In this document: piece by piece, positions 19,869 through 26,029 of the stretch
Position numbering within the stretch: the stretch's first letter is position 1
How the letters are laid out: each line of letters starts with the position of its first letter
Assembly (NCBI GenBank): GCA_000388065.2
Contig: KB932211.1
From: Fonticula alba ATCC 38817
Lineage: Eukaryota > Protista > Nucleariida
DNA length: 26,029 nucleotides
Strand: one strand, 5' to 3'
Made by a program: the position numbers and the translations under genes
The notes under the pieces: generated by a model
What the model saw: the letters and a program-made list of their open reading frames with translations, nothing else
Database searches by the model: none
What the model was told of the DNA's origin: nothing

Positions 19869-21083
19869 TGTTCGTGGAAGACGCCTGGTCATGTGGGCCT
19901 TTGTACGTGCAGGCTGCCGTGCGGTGGTGGCCCTTCTTGACGCCCGCCCCCTGCTTGGGTGTCGCCCTTCCTCGAGCCCTCGATTTGCGGCCGGTTCCCC
20001 CCGTCTTGCTTGCGCTTAGGGCTGTGGCTGCCTCCGTCTATGTCCAACCCTCTAGACCCGGCCGCCGGGCGGTGGCACCGATTGTCAGCTTCCCAGCAAG
20101 ATGGGTGCGTGGCATCTCGCGAAGCGGGCGCCACAGATGCCACGGTCACCCGCGAGGGGGCCGCGGCGTCGGCAGGGGCCGTGGGATGGAGAGAGCAACT
20201 CCTCGCGTCCTGGTTGCTGGCGCATGGCTCGGTCCATTCGCCCGGGCCCGGGTCCCCGGACGCCAGTGCTGGGGATTGCAGTGCGCGCCTTGGGGTCCCC
20301 CGCTGACACGGCTGCCCGCTGTGATCCGTGCGACTCGGGCCTTGGAACACGCGCCGGCGGTCTGCCTCTCGCTGGCACGCGTCCCTGTCGTGATTCTGGG
20401 TGTACCCATGGCGACTTTAGCGCGGCGAAAGGCCCTGGCGGGGATACTGGCTGCCTTGACCGGGCGCCGGGGGGCGCGTGCGACGCACGGACTGCCTGGC
20501 CATCCTTCAGCGTGGCCGACCTCCTGCTGTCGCTGCTAAGCGCACGAGGCGGCTGTGCCCCCGGTTTCCGGCGCATCAGCATCCTGGCCATGAGCAGGTG
20601 TGTTTGATGGAGCCAGCCGATTGCCGCGCGCGCCACGGCGCATCCGCATCATGGATACGGCGCTACGCGTGTGGCCGCGCGGCTTCGACGATCGTCGGCT
20701 GGACACCGGCGCGCCGGGTCACGGGCATACATGACGCTGCTGTTCGTGTATCTCCCCCCCGCCCCCGGGGCACCTACACGGTATCGCGCTCTCGCGGGCC
20801 GGACCAGGCGAGCGTCTCGCACGGACTGTGCCCCCCGGGCGGCCATCGCTCGAGATGCGCCCCGTAGAGGCACCCGACGGCGCACTGTAGCCGGTCCTCC
20901 ATGCCGGCCGCCGCGCATGCGGGCCACCCTGCCGGGCCACGCACACGCACCGGGACTCTCATTGGGGCGATGTCGGGAGCCGGCCCGGGCAGAGCCGAGT
21001 CGGCTTCCAGGGCCGCCGAGGGCCGGCAGCGGCACACCACCCTCGGGTCAAATGGCGCCGCAGGCCCCAACGCATCAGCTCCA

Positions 21084-21155
21084 GCTCGTTTAGCTCAGTG
21101 GTAGAGCGCCAGTCTAGTAAACTGGAGGTCGGGTGTTCGATCCACCCAATGAGCA
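21084..21155 (+). tRNA. tRNA-Thr(AGT), copy 2
   Basis: 72/72 identical to the reverse complement of 19166-19237; T4 at 21164-21167 and T5 at 21190-21194. Confidence 0.97.
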
Positions 21156-21444
21156 TCCATACCTTTTGCCCTCCCCGGCGGGGCGTGTCTTTTTGCCCCC
21201 GCGCGCGGCGCGGCGGTGCGCGTTTCCCCTTCCACCCGGAGAGAGGCGGCGCTCTCGAAGGGGGGACGGCAGCCGAAGCAACGAGGCCGCCCCCGGGGGG
21301 TATATAAATATAGCGGCTGTCCCCCTGGGCCAGGCCGCCGACGCGTCCCCGGTGGCCGGCGCGATCTCTCCTCCCCTCTCTCTCTCTCTCTCTCACGCTT
21401 TCGCATGCTGATGCCCTTCGGCGCGGGAGCAAAAAGGAGGAGAC

Positions 21445-21517
21445 TGCCGCGAACCAGGATTGAACTGGTGACCTTGTGATCTTCAGTCACACGCTCTCCC
21501 AACTGAGCTATCGCGGC
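21445..21517 (-). tRNA. tRNA-Phe(GAA)
   Basis: GCCGCGA/TCGCGGC acceptor, TGTGA-CT GAA GA-TCACA arm; T5 terminator at 21435-21431. Confidence 0.97.
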
Positions 21518-23318
21518 TTGGGGAGGGGGACCCGGGCTGGGCTCATGTCCGAGCGTTTCGGGCGTCTGGCCTCCGGCCGGCGATGCCGGCGGGCCGGGGG
21601 TGAGGAGGCCCCTGGGGGCGTTCCGCGCCGAGAGGCTCACCAAACGGGCCGGTACCGCGGCGAGGGGGGAGCCGGCGGTCTGGACACGGGGCAAAGGCGG
21701 CAGCACATTTGCGAAGCACAGGCCCCGGGGTGCCCCCCAAGGTGCCGGGGTCTCGGGGCGGAGGAGGGGAATGGCGCCCCCTTGCACCTGGGGCGCCCGA
21801 GAGGGAAGAGGGAAATGGCCGAGGAGAGGTGGACAGCGTGCTGGGCGTGGCGACAGGTGTCCAGGTGGCCCGTACCCGGTGGAGAGGGCCGCTGGCCGAC
21901 CGACGTGGAGAGCCCGGGGAAAAAGGGGCCCACGCCCAAGATCCGGCCCCCTCGGCCGAGAGGGTGGGGCAGGGGCACGTGCAGCAAGATCGGGATCGCC
22001 GAATGCGGCAGCGGACCCGGCCCAGCTGGAGCCCCGCGCGGCCGCGTGGCACCCCCTTCGAAAGGGCGGACCCCGGACGGCGGGGGATCCGTCTGTGCGT
22101 GGCTTTGGTCCAGAGGGAGGCATGGCAGGGGCGAGGGGGGCGGAGGGCACTCGGAGGCGCCTGGCGCCTGGCGGCCGGCCCGGGCTGCCGGATGGCGTGC
22201 CGACGCTGGCGACGCCCGCACCGGAGGGCGACCGGCCTGCCGGCGCGGAGCGGCCCGCCCCACGCGCTGGCCCACCAGCAATCGAGAGCATGCCGGTGCA
22301 CATGGCAAGCGGGCCGGGTCCTGAGCTGGCCTGTGCCACGGCACCGGCACGCCGCGAGCGGAGCCCTGGATGGGCGGCCGTGTGCGCGCTGCCGAAAATG
22401 GCCCTTGGCCGGCCACCGCGCGTCAGGGCGACATCGGACGTGGGAGGTGCCTGGGCTGCGGGGATCAGGAGCGCCGGCCACCGGGCGGCATGCGCGGGCG
22501 CAGGCATGCCAGCCGTGGCCCGGATGACTCCTATCGTGTGCGCATGCGCAGCCGGGCACGCCAGTCGCACGGGCCCCGGCTGAAAGTGGCACCCAGGCTG
22601 GGAGGGCGAATGACAGCGGCCCCGGGCGGCCGGGGTACCCCCCGGCTGGCGAGGCGCGCGGTGCACCTTCAGTCCCAGCGGTATGCAGGGGGGTGGGGCT
22701 GGAGGGCGTGCGATGGCCGGTCGTCTTCTGGGCCGGTCCTCTGTGGGGGTCTGCCGGTGCGGCTCCAGGGCCTTTGGCCGCCGGCTGCCGGGTGGCTGCT
22801 CTCCGGGGCCGACCGGGCAGTGTGGCACGCGCGGCCGCTGGCGGGTCCGGGGAGGGGCAGTGCCAGGCGAACATCGGGCCGACCCGCTCGCCACGGCAGG
22901 TGCCACGGCTGGGACACGGCCCCGGCGGACCCGGTTGTCGGATGCCGAACGCCAAACAAAAGGGTGTCCATGGGGCCAATCCGAGACCCGGCAAGGGAGC
23001 AAGGGGCGGGAAGCGCAGTCGACTGTGGCGGTACTGCGTCCAGACAATGCCGGGGCCGGGGCTGCATAGGGGGGGGGGGGGGGGGGCGATGGCCGTGTCC
23101 GCCGGGCAGCCATGCGGGGGAGGGCCGGCCCTTCGCATGTGCCCAGGCCCGAGCCATGGGTGCCCCGCGGCTGTGGGCCTGGCACCCATGCCAGGAATGC
23201 ACCCGCCGAAGCGTGGTCCCAAACTGTCCCCCCCTTGCCCGGCACAGCCACACCAAGACCGCCCTGCCAAACAACAAACAAGCCGGGGCGCGGGGAATAT
23301 TGGACAGACAGGACACGG

Positions 23319-23348
23319 CCGGCCACCGGCCGGCCGGCCGGTGGCCGG
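23319..23348. repeat. Perfect 30-bp palindrome immediately after the stop codon of the Cys-rich gene
   Basis: ccggccaccggccggccggccggtggccgg equals its own reverse complement. Confidence 0.9.
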
Positions 23349-23349
23349 G

Positions 23350-26022
23350 TCAGCGGAGATCGCCCATTTCGGTGGCGGGCTGGGCCTCCTTCGGCGAGCG
23401 GGTGTGCTTGCGGAGGAGGAGCACCAGCATGGCCACGATGGCCAGGCCGAGGGGCAGGCCGAGACCGAGGCCCAGGCCGAGGGCCAGGGCCCGGCTCTTG
23501 GCGTCGCGGCCCGGGGGCGCAGGCCCCGAGGCAGAGGAAGAGGAGGCGGCAGCGGAGGAGGAGGCGGCGGCGGAGGAAGAAGAGGCAGCGGAGGAGGAGG
23601 CGGCGGGGGAGGAGCCCGAGCCATGGGCCGGGGCGCAGTCCGCCGGGTCGGGCCCATGGCAGGCGAGGCAGCCGGGCGCGCAGGGCAGGCACTTGCCGGC
23701 GGGCGCGTCGAAATGCCCCTCCGGGCAGCGGTCGGCGCACGTGCCATCCGGGAGCAGAAGCTCGGGCGGGAAGCAGGCGGTGCAGTGCTCGTGCTGGGGG
23801 CCGGTGCAGCGGGAGCAGCCGGCCGCGCACATGCGGCACTGGCCGGCCCCGTCGTCGAAGAAGCCCGCCAGGCAGGCATCCAGGCAGCCGGCCCCCGGGA
23901 GGAGGAGCTTGCCCCGAGGGCAGGCGGTGCAGCCGTCCGGGTGCGGGGACTGCCCGGTGCAAGTGTCGCACGAGGCATGGCAGGGGATGTCGATGACGCA
24001 GGGGCCCGGGTCGTCGGGCAGGAGCCAGTTCGGGGCGCAGGCCAGGCACTCTTCCGGGGCCGGGCCGGTGCAGGTGGCACAGGCGGCGGCGCAGTCGCGG
24101 CATGTGCCGGCCCCGGGGGGGTACTCGGACGAGCCGGCCGGGCAGGCCGCGAGGCAGCGGCCCAGGGAGAGCACCTGCCCGGCCGGGCAGGAGATGCAGT
24201 CGGCAGGGCCCGGGCCGATGCACTGGCCGCATGCCGCGTGGCAGGCCAGGCAGGCGTGGAAGGTGGCGTAGAAGCCGCCGGATGTGCAGGCGTAGGAGGG
24301 GATGCAGGCGCCCTGGCGGAGGAGCATGCCGCTGGGGCACAATTGGCACTCGGGGCCGGGGCCGGTGCATTGGATGCAGTCGCCGGCGCAGGGGACACAG
24401 GCCCCGGTGCCCGGGTCGACATGGTGCCCGTGGCCGGGGCAGCCGGCCGCGCAGACGCCCCCCTCGAGGAGGTGCCGGCCGGCGTGGCCATCGCAGGAGA
24501 GACACACGTCCGGCTGGGAGGGGTGGCAGGTGGCGCAGGCGCCGGGGCAGGCCAGGCACACATGGCCGTCCGGGTGGGGATACGTGCCGGCCGGGCAGGC
24601 ATCGTCCGGGACACACTGCCCGGCCGGGGTCAGCCGGAAGCCCGGCCGGCAGGCGACACACCGGTCCGGGCTGTCGATGTGGCAGGCGTCGCAGTGGGCC
24701 GCGGCGCAGGCGTCGGCCACCGGGCAGGCGGGCTGCTCGGGCCGGGCCGGGGCCTGGGGCGTGGCCTGGGGCCGGTCGGCGCAGGCGGTGCACTGGCCGG
24801 CCAGGGGCCCGGTGCAGGCGGCGCACGAGGGGTGGCAGGCCCGGCAGGCGGGCCGGGCCGGGTCCCGGGCCTCGAGGTACCGGCCGGCCGGGCAGTCGGC
24901 CCGGCACCGGGCCTCGTGGAGGATGAGGCCGGCCTGGCAGCCGGTGCAGGAGAGCCCCGCATCCCCGAGGCAGGAGGTGCAGCCGTCCGGGCAGGGCTGG
25001 CACCGGCCGAGGGCCGGGTCATTGGCGAAGCCCGGCCGGCAGGCGGTGCACCGGGCCCCGGCGTCGGCGGTCAGGCACTCGAGGCAGGAGGCATTGCGGC
25101 AGGGGGCGCAGGTGGCCGGCTGGCGGTCCGGGTCCGGGGCCTGGCCCGGGCGGCAGGCCGGGGCGCAGGTCCCGGTGGCCGGGTTCCACGTGAGCCCCGG
25201 CAGGCAGGCCAGGCAGAGGCTGGGCCCGAGGCAGGAGGCGCAGCCGTCCGGGCAGGCCCGGCAGCGGCCATTGTCGATGTAGGCCCGGAGGGCCGGGTCG
25301 CAGGTGGTGCACTGGTCCGGGTGGGCGCCGGAGCACCAGTCGCAGCCGGGGCCGCAATTGACGCAGCGCCGGGCGTTGCTGGCCAGGTTGTAGCCGGCCG
25401 GGCATGCGGCGACGCAGGTGAAGGCGTCGATGCCGAGGAGCAGTTGGCTTGGCGGGCAGGTGCCGCACAGGTCGGTGTTCAGGTGCGAGCAGGTGGCGCA
25501 GGAGGCGTGGCATTCGGCGCAGCTGGGCGGCTCGCGCAGGGCCTGCCGGGTGACGTCGTAGATGGGCAGCCAGCCCTCCTGGCAGACGCACGCCGGGCCC
25601 TGCGGCACCATGCCCGGGATGCATGCGCAGGCGCCGTCGCGAGCGCCGGACACCGGCAGCGCGCCGGCGATGCACACGCACTGGCCGAGGGCCTCATGGT
25701 AGACGGTGCCGGCCGGGGTGCAGGCGCACTGGCCGTCGAGGAGCCGGGTTTTGGGAGGGCAGGTGCAGGCCCCATCGAGGACGTGCATGTTGGTCAGGCA
25801 CCGGCATGCGCCGTCGGCGGCGTCGGCCACCGGCAGGGCGCCGGGGATGCACTGGCACTGGCCGGTCAGGTCGTTGGGGGTGGTGTTGGGGGCGGTGCAG
25901 GCGTCGGGCTGGCTGGCCGTGGCCGGGGCGGCGGGGGTCATAGCCGCCAGGAGGGCGCCCAGGAGCAGGAGCAGCAGCAGCCCGGGCAGGGGGCCGGCGC
26001 TCGGCGGCCGGGGGCTGGCCAT
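23350..26022 (-). CDS. Type I membrane Cys-rich protein, 890 aa: signal peptide, CxC-chain region, ~14 furin-like (CxxCxxxCxxC) repeats, Ser/Ala stalk, TM helix, 20-aa tail
   Basis: CCCACCATGG start context; hydrophobic LLLLLLGALLAA signal; repeats such as CRACHPSCAACTGPLAGQCTAC; TM ALALGLGLGLGLPLGLAIVAMLVLLL (~23490-23413) followed by RKH; no introns needed. Confidence 0.93.
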   Translation of the reverse strand: MASPRPPSAGPLPGLLLLLLLGALLAAMTPAAPATASQPDACTAPNTTPNDLTGQCQCIPGALPVADAADGACRCLTNMHVLDGACTCPPKTRLLDGQCACTPAGTVYHEALGQCVCIAGALPVSGARDGACACIPGMVPQGPACVCQEGWLPIYDVTRQALREPPSCAECHASCATCSHLNTDLCGTCPPSQLLLGIDAFTCVAACPAGYNLASNARRCVNCGPGCDWCSGAHPDQCTTCDPALRAYIDNGRCRACPDGCASCLGPSLCLACLPGLTWNPATGTCAPACRPGQAPDPDRQPATCAPCRNASCLECLTADAGARCTACRPGFANDPALGRCQPCPDGCTSCLGDAGLSCTGCQAGLILHEARCRADCPAGRYLEARDPARPACRACHPSCAACTGPLAGQCTACADRPQATPQAPARPEQPACPVADACAAAHCDACHIDSPDRCVACRPGFRLTPAGQCVPDDACPAGTYPHPDGHVCLACPGACATCHPSQPDVCLSCDGHAGRHLLEGGVCAAGCPGHGHHVDPGTGACVPCAGDCIQCTGPGPECQLCPSGMLLRQGACIPSYACTSGGFYATFHACLACHAACGQCIGPGPADCISCPAGQVLSLGRCLAACPAGSSEYPPGAGTCRDCAAACATCTGPAPEECLACAPNWLLPDDPGPCVIDIPCHASCDTCTGQSPHPDGCTACPRGKLLLPGAGCLDACLAGFFDDGAGQCRMCAAGCSRCTGPQHEHCTACFPPELLLPDGTCADRCPEGHFDAPAGKCLPCAPGCLACHGPDPADCAPAHGSGSSPAASSSAASSSSAAASSSAAASSSSASGPAPPGRDAKSRALALGLGLGLGLPLGLAIVAMLVLLLRKHTRSPKEAQPATEMGDLR

Positions 26023-26029
26023 GGTGGGG

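Noticed and set aside
13460-23300. Long ORFs in the tRNA spacers (e.g. 16684-18759, 21095-25003, 21543-24614, 22370-24271)
   Set aside because: Low-complexity GC artefacts, or alternate-frame and antisense shadows of the Cys-rich gene; no transposase, RT or other domain was recognised.
23319-23352. Selenocysteine insertion at the UGA
   Set aside because: No eukaryotic SECIS features (AUGA/GA kink-turn, apical AA) were identified and there is no selenoprotein-like context.
1-26029. CRISPR arrays, rRNA, spliceosomal snRNAs, LTR/TIR elements
   Set aside because: No repeat-spacer array, no recognisable rRNA or snRNA signature, and no paired terminal repeats with target-site duplications were found by eye.

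Overview
Eukaryotic nuclear DNA, very GC-rich, with short (71-239 nt) GT-AG introns. A Fonticula-like unicellular opisthokont is my impression only and is not verified. The left 13 kb holds INO1 (4 exons visible, 3' end runs off the window, assembly gap inside intron 2), a PRKRIP1/DUF1168 gene whose ATG appears split by an intron, PIN1 (4 exons), a large orphan gene (~1135 aa, 4 exons) and an intronless orphan (454 aa). Twelve tRNA genes are present: Tyr with an intron, then 11 genes between 11.4 and 21.5 kb, including a Gly-Thr pair only 5 nt apart that is probably dicistronic and two identical Thr(AGT) copies. The right end carries an intronless 890-aa type I membrane protein with Cys-rich furin-like repeats and a 20-aa tail (VSP-like). 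Most ORFs in the supplied track are artefacts of the high GC content. All exon models were deduced by eye from protein continuity and splice signals, with no transcript evidence.
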